Assembly (NCBI RefSeq): GCF_030028105.1
Contig: NC_092380.1
Location: 114,027,191-114,091,190 of the forward strand
Source of the DNA: Mobula birostris
Taxonomy: Eukaryota
Direction of reading: 5' to 3'
DNA length: 64,000 nucleotides
Shown piece by piece: positions 13,624 to 27,149 of this stretch. The position numbers and the translations under genes are program-made. The notes beneath the pieces are model-generated. The model was not told the origin of the DNA. It did not search any database and saw nothing but the letters and a program-made list of their open reading frames with translations. How positions within the stretch are numbered: position 1 is the first letter of the stretch; the number at the start of each line of letters is the position of its first letter.

Positions 13624-14068
13624 ACGCGCGCACGGCGGTTGACTACTGCACAGAATCGAAAGTTACAAAGATTTGTGGAAGTAGTCATCTCCATCTTGGG
13701 TACTAGCCTCTGTAGTATCCAGGACATCTTCAAGGAGCGGTGTCTCAGGAAGGCGTTGTCCGTCATTAAGGGCCCCCATCACCCAGAACATGCTCTCTTC
13801 TCATTGATACCGTCAGGTAGGAGGTACAGAAGCCTGAAGGCACACACTCAGTGATTCAGGAACAGCTTCATCACCTCTGCCATCCCATGTCGAAATGGAC
13901 ATCGAACCTGTGAACACTACCTCACTTTTAAAAAATTATTTCTGTTTTTGCACTATTTTAAAATTAACTATTTTATATGGTGACATACCATGAATTGCAT
14001 TGTACAGCTGCTGCTAAGTTAACAGATTTCACCAAATCTGCCGGTGATATTAGACATGATTCTGAATC
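12790..14068 (+). mobile_element. Decayed Rex/Babar-like LINE containing a (GT)n microsatellite at about 13549-13620
   Basis: IYKFADDTNIVGRISGGDE and GPHHPEHALFSLIPSGRRYRSL; 3'UTR ends ...GATTCTGAATC. Confidence 0.8.
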
Positions 14069-14109
14069 AGCCTGGTGGTGTGGGTCCTGATGGCAGGAGC
14101 AAAGAGAGA

Positions 14110-17100
14110 GTGTGACCGGGGTGCTGAGAGACCCCGGTGATGGGTGCTGAGAGTCCCTGGTGAGGAGTGATGGGTGGGTGAGAGACCCCGGTGATGGGTG
14201 CTGAGAGTCCCTGGTGATGGGTGCTGAGAGACCCCGGTGATGGGTGCTGAGAGACCCCGGTGATGGGTGCTGAGAGACCCCGGTGATGGGTGCTGAGAGT
14301 CCCTGGTGAGGAGTGATGGGTGGGTGAGAGACCCCGGTGATGGGTGCTGAGAGTCCCTGGTGAGGAGTGATGGGTGGGTGAGAGACCCCGGTGATGGGTG
14401 CTGAGAGTCCCTGGTGAGGAGTGATGGGTGGGTGAGAGACCCCGGTGATGGGTGCTGAGAGTCCCTGGTGAGGAGTGATGGGTGGGTGAGAGACCCCGGT
14501 GATGGGTGCTGAGAGTCCCTGGTGAGGAGTGATGGGTGGGTGAGAGACCCCGGTGATGGGTGCTGAGAGTCCCTGGTGAGGAGTGATGGGTGGGTGAGAG
14601 ACCCCGGTGATGGGTGCTGAGAGTCCCTGGTGATGGGTGCTGAGAGACCCCGGTGATGGGTGATGGGTGGTGAGAGGCCCTGGTGAGGAGTGATGGGTGC
14701 TGACAGTCCCTGGTGATGGGTGCTGAGAGACCCCGGTGATGGGTGATGGGTGCTGAGAGACCCTGGTGATGGGTGGTGGGTGGTGAGAGTCCCTGGTGAT
14801 GGGTGCTGAGAGACCCTGGTGATGGGTGATGGGTGGTGAGAGGCCCTGGAGATGGGTGGGTGAGTCCCTGGTGAGGGATGGGTGAGAGTCCCTGGTGATG
14901 GGTGATGGGTGGGTGACAGTCCCTGGTGATGGGTGCTGTGAGTCCCTGGTAACGGGTGCTGAGAGTCCCCGGTGAGGGGTGCTGACAGTCCCTGGTGACC
15001 GGGGTGCTGAGAGTCCCCGGTGAGGGGTGCTGACAGTCCCTGGTGACCAGGGTGGTGACAGTCCCTGGTGATGGGTGCTGAGAGTCCCTGGTGATGGGTG
15101 CTGAGAGACCCCGGTGATGGGTGATGGGTGGTGAGAGTCCCCGGTGATGGGTGATGGGTGGGTGACAGTCCCCGGTGAGGGGTGCTGACAGTCCCTGGTG
15201 ACCGGGGTGGTGAGAGTCCCTGGTGATGGGTGCTGGGTGGGTGACAGTCCCTGGTGATGGGTGCTGTGAGTCCCTGGTGACAGGTGCTGAGAGTCCCCGG
15301 TGAGGGGTGCTGACAGTCCGGGGTGACCGGGGTGGTGAGAGTCCCCGGTGAGGGGGTGCTGACAGTCCTTGGTGACCGGGGTGATGAGAGTCCCCGGTGA
15401 GGGGTGCTGACAGTCCCTGGTGACCGGGGTGGTGAGAGTCCCCGGTGAGGGGTGCTGACAGTCCCTGGTGACCGGGGTGGTGAGAGTCCCCGGTGAGGGG
15501 TGGTGAGAGTCCCTGGTGACCGGGGTGGTGAGAGTCCCCGGTGAGGGGTGCTGACAGTCCCTGGTGACCGGGGTGGTGAGAGTCCCCGGTGAGGGGTGCT
15601 GACAGTCCCTGGTGACCGGGGTGGTGAGAGTCCCTGGTGATGGGTGCTGGGTGGGTGACAGTCCCTGGTGATGGGTGCTGTGAGTCCCTGGTGACAGGTG
15701 CTGAGAGTCCCCGGTGAGGGGTGCTGACAGTCCCTGGTGACCGGGGTGGTGAGAGTCCCCGGTGAGGGGGTGCTGACAGTCCCTGGTGACTGGGGTGGTG
15801 AGAGTCCCCGGTGAGGGGGTGCTGACAGTCCTTGGTGACCGGGGTGATGAGAGTCCCCGGTGAGGGGTGCTGACAGTCCCTGGTGACCGGGGTGGTGAGA
15901 GTCCCCGGTGAGGGGTGCTGACAGTCCCTGGTGACCGGGGTGGTGAGAGTCCCCGGTGAGGGGTGGTGAGAGTCCCTGGTGACCGGGGTGGTGAGAGTCC
16001 CTGGTGAGGGGTGCTGACAGTCCCTGGTGACCGGGGTGGTGAGAGTCCCCGGTGAGGGGTGCTGACAGTCCCTGGTGACTGGGGTGGTGAGAGTCCCTGG
16101 TGACCGGAGTGGTGAAAGTCCCTGGTGAGGGGTGGTGACAGTCCCTGGTGACCGGGGTGGTGAGAGTCCCTGGTGATGGGTGATGGGGTGGTGAGGGTCC
16201 CTGGTGAGGGGTGCTGACAGTCCCTGGTGACTGGGGTGGTGAGAGTCCCCGGTGAGGGGTGGTGAGAGTCCCTGGTGACCGGGGTGGTGAGAGTCCCTGG
16301 TGAGGGGTGCTGACAGTCCCTGGTGACCGGGGTGGTGAGAGTCCCCGGTGAGGGGTGCTGACAGTCCCTGGTGACTGGGGTGGTGAGAGTCCCTGGTGAC
16401 CGGAGTGGTGAAAGTCCCTGGTGAGGGGTGGTGACAGTCCCTGGTGACCGGGGTGGTGAGAGTCCCTGGTGATGGGTGATGGGGTGGTGAGGGTCCCTGG
16501 TGAGGGGTGCTGACAGTCCCTGGTGACTGGGGTGGTGAGAGTCCCCGGTGAGGGGTGCTGACAGTCCCTGGTGACTGGGGTGGTGAGAGTCCCTGGTGAC
16601 CGGAGTGGTGAAAGTCCCTGGTGAGGGGTGGTGACAGTCCCTGGTGACCGGGGTGGTGAGAGTCCCTGGTGATGGGTGATGGGGTGGTGAGGGTCCCTGG
16701 TGAGGGGTGCTGACAGTCCCTGGTGACTGGGGTGGTGAGAGTCCCCGGTGAGGGGTGCTGACAGTCCCTGGTGACTGGGGTGGTGAGAGTCCCTGGTGAC
16801 CGGAGTGGTGAAAGTCCCTGGTGAGGGGTGGTGACAGTCCCTGGTGACCGGGGTGGTGAGAGTCCCTGGTGATGGGTGATGGGGTGGTGAGGGTCCCTGG
16901 TGAGGGGTGCTGACAGTCCCTGGTGACTGGGGTGGTGAGAGTCCCCGGTGAGGGGTGCTGACAGTCCCTGGTGACTGGGGTGGTGAGAGTCCCTGGTGAC
17001 CGGAGTGGTGAAAGTCCCTGGTGAGGGGTGGTGACAGTCCCTGGTGACCGGGGTGGTGAGAGTCCCTGGTGATGGGTGATGGGGTGGTGAGGGTCCCTGG

Positions 17101-17692
17101 TGAGGGGTGCTGACAGTCCCTGGTGACTGGGGTGGTGAGAGTCCCCGGTGAGGGGTGCTGACAGTCCCTGGTGACTGGGGTGGTGAGAGTCCCTGGTGAC
17201 CGGAGTGGTGAAAGTCCCTGGTGAGGGGTGGTGACAGTCCCTGGTGACCGGGGTGGTGAGAGTCCCTGGTGATGGGTGATGGGGTGGTGAGGGTCCCTGG
17301 TGAGGGGTGCTGACAGTCCCTGGTGACTGGGGTGGTGAGAGTCCCCGGTGAGGGGTGCTGACAGTCCCTGGTGACTGGGGTGGTGAGAGTCCCTGGTGAC
17401 CGGAGTGGTGAAAGTCCCTGGTGAGGGGTGGTGACAGTCCCTGGTGACCGGGGTGGTGAGAGTCCCTGGTGATGGGTGATGGGGTGGTGAGGGTCCCTGG
17501 TGAGGGGTGCTGACAGTCCCTGGTGACTGGGGTGGTGAGAGTCCCCGGTGAGGGGTGCTGACAGTCCCTGGTGACTGGGGTGGTGAGAGTCCCTGGTGAT
17601 GGGTGATGGGGTGGTGAGAGTCCCTGGTGATGGGTGATGGGGTGGTGAGAGTCCCTGGTGACCGGGGTGGTGAGAGTCCCCGGTGAGGGGGT
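14110..17692. repeat. G-rich minisatellite with 22-25 bp units (GAGAGTCCCTGGTGA[T/CC]GGGGTG[C/G]T); 54-bp and 200-bp higher-order repeats; embedded in a minus-strand LINE relic (about 14070-17950)
   Basis: GATGGGTGAT recurs at 16471, 16671, 16871, 17071, 17271 and 17471; both flanks translate as LINE ORF2 C-terminus. Confidence 0.92.
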
Positions 17693-18429
17693 GCTGCTTT
17701 CCTGCAACAACACTCTGTGTAGATCTGCTAGTTGTGGGGAAGGTTTTACCTGTGGTGGACTGGGCCACATCCACTGCATTTCGTAGGATTTTCTGTTCAA
17801 GGGTATTGGTGTTTCCATTCCAGGCTGTGATACAACCAGTCAATATACTCTCCTCCACACATCTATAGAAGTTTGTTAAAGTTTGAGATGTCACGCTGAA
17901 TCTTGACAAATTGTGAAGGCAGCAGAGGCACTGCCATGATTTCTTCATCGCCTTATGCTGAATGTCTGTCTTCTGGAATATAGTTTATTATTTGTTAGTT
18001 TATTTGTGGTAATATTACTTTACGTATTGGGTGTGAGTTATATGACCTGTGTTGTACATCTTGGTCCAGATGAACTTTGTTTCGTTTGGCAGTATACACG
18101 ATAACAAACTTGAACTAGAGCTGATTGGATCCACTGGTTGTGCTGAAAAGCATGGCGATAGAGCCAGTAGTTCACAACACCGGAGATCTGCACTCAATCC
18201 AGATGCGGCTGCTGTCTGTGGGTAGTTTGCAGGCTGCCCTCGTGACTACCTGGGATTTCCCCTGTGCACCCGTTTCCTCACACATCCCAAATATGTACAT
18301 GTTGGTTGGTTAATTGACCGCTGTAAACTGAGTGTAATCTGGGGGAATTTGCTGAAAATTTAGGATTAAGGTAGGATTTGGGTAATTGGATACTAATAAT
18401 TGGCAAAGGGCCTGTTTCCATTCACTAAT

Positions 18430-19232
18430 TTAAGACCCTAAGACCATTAGATATAGGAGCAGAATTAGGCCATTTGGCCCATCGAGTCTGCTCTGCCATT
18501 CCATCATGGCTGATTCATTAACCTTGTCAACCCTTTGATGCCCTGACCAGTTCTGGTCACCTCACTATAGGAAGGATGTGGAAGCATTGGAAAGGGTACA
18601 GAGGAGATTTACCAGGATGCTGCCTGGTTTAGAGAGTATGCATTATGATCAGAGATTAAGGGAGCTAGGGTTTTACTCTTTGAAGAGAAGGAGGATGAGA
18701 GGAGACATGATAGAGGTATACAAGCTATTAAGAGGAATAGAGTGGACAGCCAGCACCTCTTCTCTAGGGCACCACTGCTCAATACAAGAGGACATGGCTT
18801 TAAGGTAAGGGGTGGGAAGTTCAAGGGGGATATTAGAGGAAGGTTTTTTACTCAGGGAATGGTTGGTGCGTGGAATGCACTGCCTGAGTCAGTGGTGGAG
18901 GCAGATACACTAGTGAAGTTTAAGAGACTACTAGACAGGTATATGGAGGAATTTAAGGTGGGGGCTTATATGGGAAGCAGGGTTTGAGGGTCAGCACAAC
19001 ATTGTGGGCCGAAGGGCCTGTACTGTGCTGTACTATTCTATGTTCTATGTAATCAAGAACCAGTCAACCTCCACTTCAATTATACACATTGACTTGGCCT
19101 CCATGGCCACCTGTGGCACTGAATTCCTCAGATTCACCACCCTATGGCTAAAGAAATTCCTCCTCATCTCTGTTCTAAATGGATACGCCTCTATTCTGAG
19201 ACTGTGCCCTCTGGTCCTAGACTCCCCCACTA
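18430..19232. mobile_element. Minus-strand CR1 3' fragment interrupted by a plus-strand CR1 fragment (about 18546-19050)
   Basis: ORFs EALERVQRRFTRML (plus) and GESRTRGHSLRIE (minus). Confidence 0.7.
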
Positions 19233-19327
19233 TTTATTGTGAAAAGCATTGTTTGGCTCAGTGTGTTTTAAGTCAGAAGTCATTGGTTCACATTTGCAAA
19301 GAGAGTTAACATTTCAGGGCGATGGTA

Positions 19328-19900
19328 AGCAGTGGGTTCCAGTTAATGAGGACACATCAGGACCGGTAGATTTTGGCCCAATTAGGCAGCTGCCCCAATT
19401 AGCCAAAGTTTCATGGAAATTATTACACAGGTATAACAAAACCACCATTTAACAGAGCAAAAAATTATGTATTTAAATGAAATATAGACCAATTGATAAC
19501 ACTATCAATACTACTACAGTAGAATAAAACCCTGTGTACATTCCTAATAATTATTAAAGGAGGAACTCATCCAGTGTAGGTTGCTGTTTCATCCAGTGGG
19601 GTAAATCTTTTGGCTCGTGTCAGATCTTTTCATGGCATCTCTGCAAGGTAACAAACAAAATGATCTAAAATCACTGTTTTGAATTGGCGTCTGCTGGCTC
19701 AAATGTCTAACATAACACAAGTGAAGCTATTTAAAACCTGTCCATTTGACACTGTGCTGTCCTCAGAGAGAACAGTTGTTAAATAGCGTCTGGCGCAGTT
19801 GGCGTGCTGTCCCAAATAAACGAAGGGAATCCCAGCTATTTTACTGATTAGTCTGTGTTCTTTAAGAGTTATCCGAAATGAGCAGCTCAATTAACCAGAG
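19328..19900. mobile_element. Probable pogo/Tigger-type non-autonomous DNA element relic
   Basis: Starts CAGTGGGTTCCAGTTAAT with repeated CCCAATTA/CCCAAATAA subterminal motifs; no ORF. Confidence 0.35.
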
Positions 19901-21979
19901 TACGCTACGCTCTATTCTGAAATGGCGTATGGATGCAGCAGTTAGTGCTGATACCGCCCAGTACCAGCGCCCGGGTTAATCCTGGTCTCAGGTGTGCTTG
20001 TCTTCTCCCCGTTGCCGCTTGGGGTTTTCCTGGATGATCTGCTCTCCCTCTCCATCATCATCTCTGAACTATGATACTATCACGCTAACCTCTACGCTAC
20101 GCCGCTGGCAACGTGCATGGAGGGGTAACTGGCAGTTTAGTGTACACTTTTGGTCACCTACCTACAGGAAAGTTAGAAAGAATCTTGAAAGAGTGTGGGA
20201 AAAATTTATAAGGGTCTTGCTGGTACTTGAGGACCCGGGATTTTGGGCAAATGTTGTCTATTTTATTCCCTGGAACAGAGGGGAATGAGGTGGGATTTGA
20301 TACAGGTGTACAAAATACAGTTTTATATTTGCAGTACAGTGGGGAGCAGGCCCTTCCGGCCCTGCGTGCCCCGAGTGTGCATCTCGGCATTTGCTGAGGT
20401 AACAAGAGCCGGTATCCAAGAGCGAGTGGCTCACCTCTGGACACCCCAGAACCTTTCTGCCTCAGGGTACAGGTCAGGAACTTGCTAATATTTATCTATT
20501 TTGTGACACAATGCAGAACAGCCCCGCCAGCCCACTGAGCCACGCTGCCCAGCAACCCACTGATTTCACCCCAGCCGAATCACAATGACCAATTCACCTA
20601 CCAACGGGTGTGTCTTTGGACTGAGGGAGGGAAGTGAAGCACCTGGGAGAAACCCACATGGCCGTGGAAGAACATAGAGACTCCTTACAGAATGGAACTG
20701 ATGTCCCCAGATGTAACAGCATTGTGCCAACAGCTATGCTACTGCGGGATTACTCGGTGGAAAGTCCTCCCAGGCAACTCCAAGCTCATCACCTCTTGCA
20801 CCATGAAGGGTGAGGAGCGAGGGAAGCGGGTGCGGGGGAACTCCACCGCTCACAGGTTCTCCTCTCAGTCACACAACTCGACCTCTGTTCCCTTACGGTC
20901 ACTGGTTCTGAACCTCGGAACTCACTCCTCACCGGATCTGTGGGTGCAGCTTCACCAGAAGGACTATGTATGCTCAAGGATGTAATTCTGATGCTTTATG
21001 AGGCAATGGTCAGACTGCACTTGGAGCAGATTTAGGCCCTTATCGAAGAAAAAAATGTGCTGGCAATGGAAAGGATCCAGAGTATTTTATTAGAATCATC
21101 CCGGGAATGAAAGGGTTAACACATGAGAAATGTTTGATGGCTCCGGTCACTGGAGTTTAGAAGAATGGTGGGGGATCTCATTGAGACCTGTCGAATACTG
21201 AAAGTCCGAGATAGAGTGGATGTTTCTGAGAGTGGGGGAGTTTAGGACCAGAGGGTACAACCTCACAATAGAGGGACAAGCATTTACTACAGAGAAGGAG
21301 GAATTTCTTTTGCTAGAACATGGTAAATCTGTGGAATTCATTGCCACCGACAGCTGCGGGGGCCAAGTCATTGGATATATTTACACAATAGATAGGCTGG
21401 AAGGGCCTATTTCGCACTGTATCTCAATAAATAAAGAGCTGTGGTGAGGGAAGTTATCCACACCAGTTCCAGAGCCTGTTAGTCGTAGGGTAATAATTGT
21501 TCCTGAATCTGGTGGTGTGGGACCCAAGGCTCCTGTACCTCCTGTCCACTGGCAGCAGTGAGAGGGGGGCATGATGGGGGGAGTCCCTGATGATGGATGC
21601 TGATCTCCTGTGGCAGTGCTCCGCACGGATGTCCTCAGTGGTGGGAAGGGCTTTGCAAACCTACCAAAACTATTACAAATTGAAACTTTCAATGAGAACC
21701 ACTTCACTTAGAAAGCATCCCTGCTCACCCTGACCATACGGACTACACTGTAAATGCATGTAGTTAATTTCAGTGAAAGAGATGAAATGCAATACTGGGG
21801 ATATCATTGTCACCTCCTTGATCAACCAGAAATCCAATCTTCTACTCATGTGATACAACAGTTGACGCTCAACTTCAAAAATAGCTTTGCAGTTTTTTTC
21901 TCTGTTGCTGAAGGTCTCATTAGCCAAAAGGACATGTTCAGATCTAAAAGCTTAAATTTATTAAAACAATTGATTCATT

Positions 21980-22725
21980 CACAGAATTGAGTAGTGTCGC
22001 AGCAACAACATTGTACTCAACATCACTAAGACAAAAAAACTAATCAAAGAACTGATCACAGAGGGATCAGAACTGATCAGAAGTGAGAGAACAATTTCAA
22101 TCTCCTGGGTATCAAGATCTCTATCTTGGACCCAACATAGTGATACAGTTTCAAAGAAGGCACAGTTGTGGCTTTGTTTCATTAGGAGTTTGATGAGTTT
22201 TAGTTATGTCACCAAAAACACTTGCAAATTTCAACAGAAATACCATGGAGAGCATTCTAACAGGCTGCTATGCCACCTGATATGGGCGGGTGGGGGGGGG
22301 GGTCATTGCTGCACAGGATCAGAATAAGCTGCAGAGAGTTGTAAACTCAGTCTGCTCCACCACGAGCACCAGCCTCCCCAGCATCCAGGACATCTTCAAG
22401 GAGCGATGGCATCACCCAGGACATGCCCTCTTCTCATTGCTACCATCAGGGAGGAGGTACAGGAGCCTGAATACACACACTCAATGATTCAGGAACAGCT
22501 TCTTCCCCTCTGCCATCCAATTTCTGAGTGGACATTGAATCCATGAACACCACCTCACTACTTTTTTAAAATTTGTTTTTGTAGTACTTACTTAATTTAA
22601 CAATTTAATACTTATAGTACTGTAATTCAATTTTTTCTATTATTATATTTTGCATTTTACTGCTGGTGCAAAGACAACACATTTCACAACATAAGACAGT
22701 AATATTAAACCCGATTCTGATTCTA
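21980..22725 (+). mobile_element. Decayed Rex/Babar-like LINE 3' fragment
   Basis: IQDIFKERW-HHPGHALFSLLPSGRRYRSL; 3' GATTCT tail. Confidence 0.7.
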
Positions 22726-23379
22726 ATGTGCAAGAGGTACAGATCGAGTGTACAGCGGGAGACTCAATCCCAGGGTGGAAATGGTTAATCGGAGGGGCAC
22801 CATTTAAGGGTGATTGGAGGAAAGCACTGGCGGATGTACGGAGTGCTCTGTCAGGGCCGGTAGGAGAGACAGATACTGTACATTAGTGACATTTAGGAGA
22901 CTATTAGATTGACAGATAGGTGAAAGAAATGTGTCAGGGAAGGGTTTTATTGATGGTGGGAGTAGGTTCCAGGGTCATCGTGGGCTGGAGGGCCTGTACT
23001 GAGCTGGAGTGTTCTTTCTTCCTCAGAATCGGGTTTAGTATCAGTCTTCACTGGCAGTAAATGTATTGTTTTGCAGCAACAGGACAGTATAAAAACTTAA
23101 AATTATTAATTACGAAATAAATTACAAAGGGATTAGTGAGGTAGTGCTGGGGTTCTTGTCCATTCAGGAATCGGATGGCAGAGGGGGAGAAGCTGTTCCT
23201 GAATCGCTGAGTGTGTGTCCTCCCCGATGGTAGCGATGAGGAGAGGGCAGGTCTCAGTGATGGATGCTGTCTTCCAGAGACCCGGTGTCTGAGAGCGGCA
23301 GGGCCGGACGGGTAGCTGGACTGGGACGTCTGGACACTCACTCACAATGGGACGACCTCAGCGCTGCGGCTCCAGAGGG

Positions 23380-23662
23380 CTGGGACTCCGGTCCCGGGAG
23401 CGGGGTGAATCCCGGAGGGGCCGGACTCCGGTCCCGGGAGCGGGGTGAATCCCGGGGGAGCCAGACTCCGGTCCCGGGAGCGGGGTGAATCCCGGGGGGG
23501 GGCCGGACTCCGGTCCCGGGAGCGGGGTGAATCCCGGGGGGGCCGGACTCCGGTCCCGGGAGCGGGGTGAATCCCGGGGGGGGGCCGGACTCCGGTCCCG
23601 GGAGCGGGGTGAATCCCGGGGGGGCCGGACTCCGGTCCCGGGAGCGGGGTGAATCCCGGAGG
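23380..23662. repeat. CpG-rich 40-42-bp tandem repeat, about 7 copies (GGACTCCGGTCCCGGGAGCGGGGTGAATCCCGGGGGGGCC)
   Basis: Direct inspection; length variation lies in the G run. Confidence 0.9.
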
Positions 23663-23794
23663 GATGAAATTGCTGCCATTGAGCGAGCACCCACCCGCTA
23701 CCGTGATTCACAGACCTAAACCAAGGTTTGGAACGAGAAGTAGAGATAGCTGGCTGCTCAAAACCTGACAGCTTCTAAACGGCCAACCCTTTAT

Positions 23795-24900
23795 TTGCAG
23801 ACAGGGATAGAGAATTGGTTAGCAGACAGGAAGCAAAGAGTGGGAATAAACGGGACCTTTTCAGAATGGCAGGCGGTGACTAGTGGGGTACCGCAAGGCT
23901 CAGTGCTGGGACCCCAGTTGTTTACAATATATATTAATGACTTAGACGAGGGAATTAAATGCAGCATCTCCAAGTTTGCGGATGACACGAAGCTGGGCAA
24001 CAGTGTTAGCTGTGAGGAGGATGCTAAGAGGATGCAGGGTGACTTGGATAGGTTGGGTGAGTGGGCAAATTCATGGCAGATGCAATTTAATGTGGATAAA
24101 TGTGAAGTGATCCACTTTGGTGGCAAGAACAGGAAAACAGATTATTATCTGAATGGTGGCCGATTAGGACAAGGGGAGGTGCAACGAGACCTGGGTGTCA
24201 TTATACACCAGTCATTGAAAGTGGGCATGCAGGTACAGCAGGCGGTGAAAAAGGCAAATGGTATGCTGGCATTTATAGCGAGAGGATTCAAGTACAGGAG
24301 CAGGGAGGTACTACTGCAGTTGTACAAGGCCTTGGTGAGACCGCACCTGGAGTATTGTGTGCAGTTTTGGTCCCCTAATCTGAGGAAAGACATTCTTGCC
24401 ATAGAGGGAGTACAGAGAAGGTTCACCAGATTGATTCCTGGGATGGCAGGACTTTTATATGATGAAAGACTGGATCGACTAGGCTTATACTTGCTGGAAT
24501 TTAGAAGATTGAGGGGGGATCTCATTGAAACATATAAAATTCTAAAGGGATTAGACAGGCTAGATGCAGGAAGATTGTTCCCGATGTTGGGGAAGTCCAG
24601 AATGAGGGGTCACGGTTTAAGGATAAAGGGGAAGCCTTTTAGGACCGAGATGAGGAAAAACTTCTTCACACAGAGAGTGGTGAATCTGTGGAATTCTCTG
24701 CCACAGTAAACAGCTGAGGCCAGTTCATTGGCTATATTTAAGAGGGAGTTAGATATGGCCCTTGTGGCTAAAGGGATCAGGGGGTATGGGAGAGAAGGCA
24801 GGTACGGGGTTCTGAGTTGGATGATCAGCCATGATCATACTGAATGGTGGTGCAGGCTCAAAGGGCCAAATGGCCTTCTCCTGCACCTATTTTCTATGTC
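23795..24900 (+). mobile_element. Young 5'-truncated CR1 LINE (304-aa open ORF2 segment)
   Basis: GVPQGSVLGP, KFADDTKL, LVRPHLEYCVQFW, NFFTQRVVNLWNSLP; CR1 3'UTR. Confidence 0.9.
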
Positions 24901-26866
24901 TCAGACAGGGGCTCGGGTGTGCCCAAATTCAGACAATCAAATCTGCCTCACCTTTTGACCGTGGCTGATTTTAAAGATTAGCTTTACTTATCACATGTAC
25001 ATTAAAAAACCCATTTTGTCACCAATCAGAAACAGTCTGAGGCTGTGCTGGGGGCAGCCCGCAAGTGTGATCATGCTTCCGGCGCCAACCGAGCAGGTCT
25101 ACAGCTCACTAACCCTAACCTTGGAATGTGGAAGGACACCAAGCACCCGGAGGAAATCCTACATGGACATGGGGAGAATGAACAAACTCCGTACCGACAG
25201 CGGTGGGAACTGAACCGTGGTCAATGGTTCTGTAACAGGGCTGTGCCAACTGCTAGGCTACCATGCCACCTCTAGAGGGGCAATCTTCACGGTGATCTCA
25301 GGAAGTGACGGCACACACGCTGGCAGGGGGGGGGCAGTAACTCCCCAAACAAGCACCCCCCCCCACTGCTCTGCTCAGCTTTTTCCCCTTTATACTTTAT
25401 TGTCGCCAAACGATTGATACTAGAATGTACAATCATCACAACAATATTTGATTCTGCGCTTCACACTCCCTGGAGTACAAATCAACAGTAACTATTAAAA
25501 ATTTAAATTATAAATCATAAAAAGAAAATAGAAAAGGGGAAGTAAGGTAGTGCATAAAAACCAAGAGGCAGGTCCGGATATTTGGAGGGTACGGCCCAGA
25601 TCCGGGTCAGGATCCGTTCAGCAGTCTAATCACAGTTGGAAAGAAGCTGTTCCCAAATCTGGCCATACGAGTCTTCAAGCTCCTGAGCCTTTTCCCGGAG
25701 GGAAGAGGGACGAAAACTGTGTTGACTGGGTGGGTCGTGTCCTTGATTATCCTGGCAGCAGGGTCAGTTTCTCTCTCACAGAAGCTGTCAGGAGACCTCA
25801 TTGTTTCCCTCCCCACACCTACGACAGGATCAACCATAAAAGTCAAACTACTCTGAAAAAAAATCCCAGATTATTGCTCAAACTGTTTTTTTATTTAACT
25901 TAACGCAGCAAACAGGAGCGAGTGTTAGTTTGGTGCCTGTGACCTGAGAGTGGGTGATGGTCGGTTTTGAGGTTCATTGCCTCCGAACTCTGCTTTGTGT
26001 AATGATCAATGGCCCCACAACCTCTCCCGGTTGGGGAACACGTCCCTCCATCACACCTCAGCGCCTGACCTGTGCTGCACATTGCACAGAGCAAGATGCG
26101 TGTGATAAAGATCAGATCACTGGTTCTGGTGATGTTTGCTCCAGGATAGATGTTAGTATAGCTTACACCTCCCCTTCTTTACGAAGCAGAGGATCCAGGA
26201 ACTCCAGTGGAAGTCCCAACTGAAATCAGGGAGGTTAATCCATTGCCTCTTCACCTGACATCACCGACAGCAGACAGCATGCTGCAATGCTTGCTCCCCG
26301 GTGGGAGTCCGACCAGGAAACTTTCGCAGGACCACAGAAACCCAAACTGGACACTGAAACCGGAACCGATGCAATAAGTATTGAGACAACATTGACAAAC
26401 AAAAACACACCACACCCCGAGAGACGAGTTAACCAAGGCCACTGTCGACCCTGAAAACAGAATGCACCTCGCACTTTATGTCAACCCGTCAAACTCCAGG
26501 CCACGTCACTCAGGGACATTATTTTGTTACTGGATGTATGTGCTATTGTACCATGTTTCGGTATACGCTGTGCTATGTGCTACTGGTAATGTGTTTTCCA
26601 TCCTGGCCCTGGGAGAATGCTGTTTTGTTTGGCTGTATTCATGCACTGTTGAATGATAATTAAACTTGAATTTGTTTGGCTCCAGAGAGATTATCTTTTG
26701 TTTAGCTGTATCCACATGAATGACAATAAACTTGCACTTGAAAACCAGCAACTCACAACCAAGAGGTTCAACATTTCAAAGCAAAGCAAAACTCTGTCAC
26801 TCTAACATTCTGGCGGCAGGGTGAAGTTCAGAGAGTTCTAAATACTCTGGGAGAATCATGCTGGGA

Positions 26867-27085
26867 TTAGTTGTGTCTGAAGAGTTTAATCCCCATCCAA
26901 TTCCAGAGGTGGAAGAACACATAGACGGGAATGGTGATGGGGAGTAACAGGCTGTAGAAGCAGACACTGGCCGCACTGGTACAACCTTGCGGAAACCCCT
27001 CGTCAAATGCTGCAGAATACAACAACCCCGCAAGAGACATCAGGGGAACGAGTACGGTCAGTGTGGACAGGTGCACGGGCATCAT
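26867..27085 (-). CDS. PIGY: GPI-GlcNAc transferase subunit Y (downstream cistron of the PYURF/PIGY mRNA); 72 aa, or 71 aa from ATG 27082
   Basis: MMPVHLSTLTVLVPLMSLAGLLYSAAFDEGFPQGCTSAASVCFYSLLLPITIPVYVFFHLWNWMGIKLFRHN; matches the recalled human PIGY (...FPQGCTS...LLLPITIPVYVFFHLWTWMGIKLFRHN); two hydrophobic segments; intronless. Confidence 0.96.
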   Translation of the reverse strand: MMPVHLSTLTVLVPLMSLAGLLYSAAFDEGFPQGCTSAASVCFYSLLLPITIPVYVFFHLWNWMGIKLFRHN

Positions 27086-27149
27086 CCTGCAGGGTGTCGG
27101 GGAAATGATCACGCGGACCACAGTCTCCCACAGGTGTCCTCTCCACTCC

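Noticed and set aside
13973-17948. 1281-aa and 1293-aa His/Pro-rich ORFs as mucin-like genes
   Set aside because: Translations of a minisatellite within a LINE relic; the C-rich strand simply lacks stops
25890-25895. AATAAA on the minus strand as the PYURF-PIGY poly(A) signal
   Set aside because: Plausible position (about 1 kb after the PIGY stop) but within a T-rich run and unsupported without transcript data
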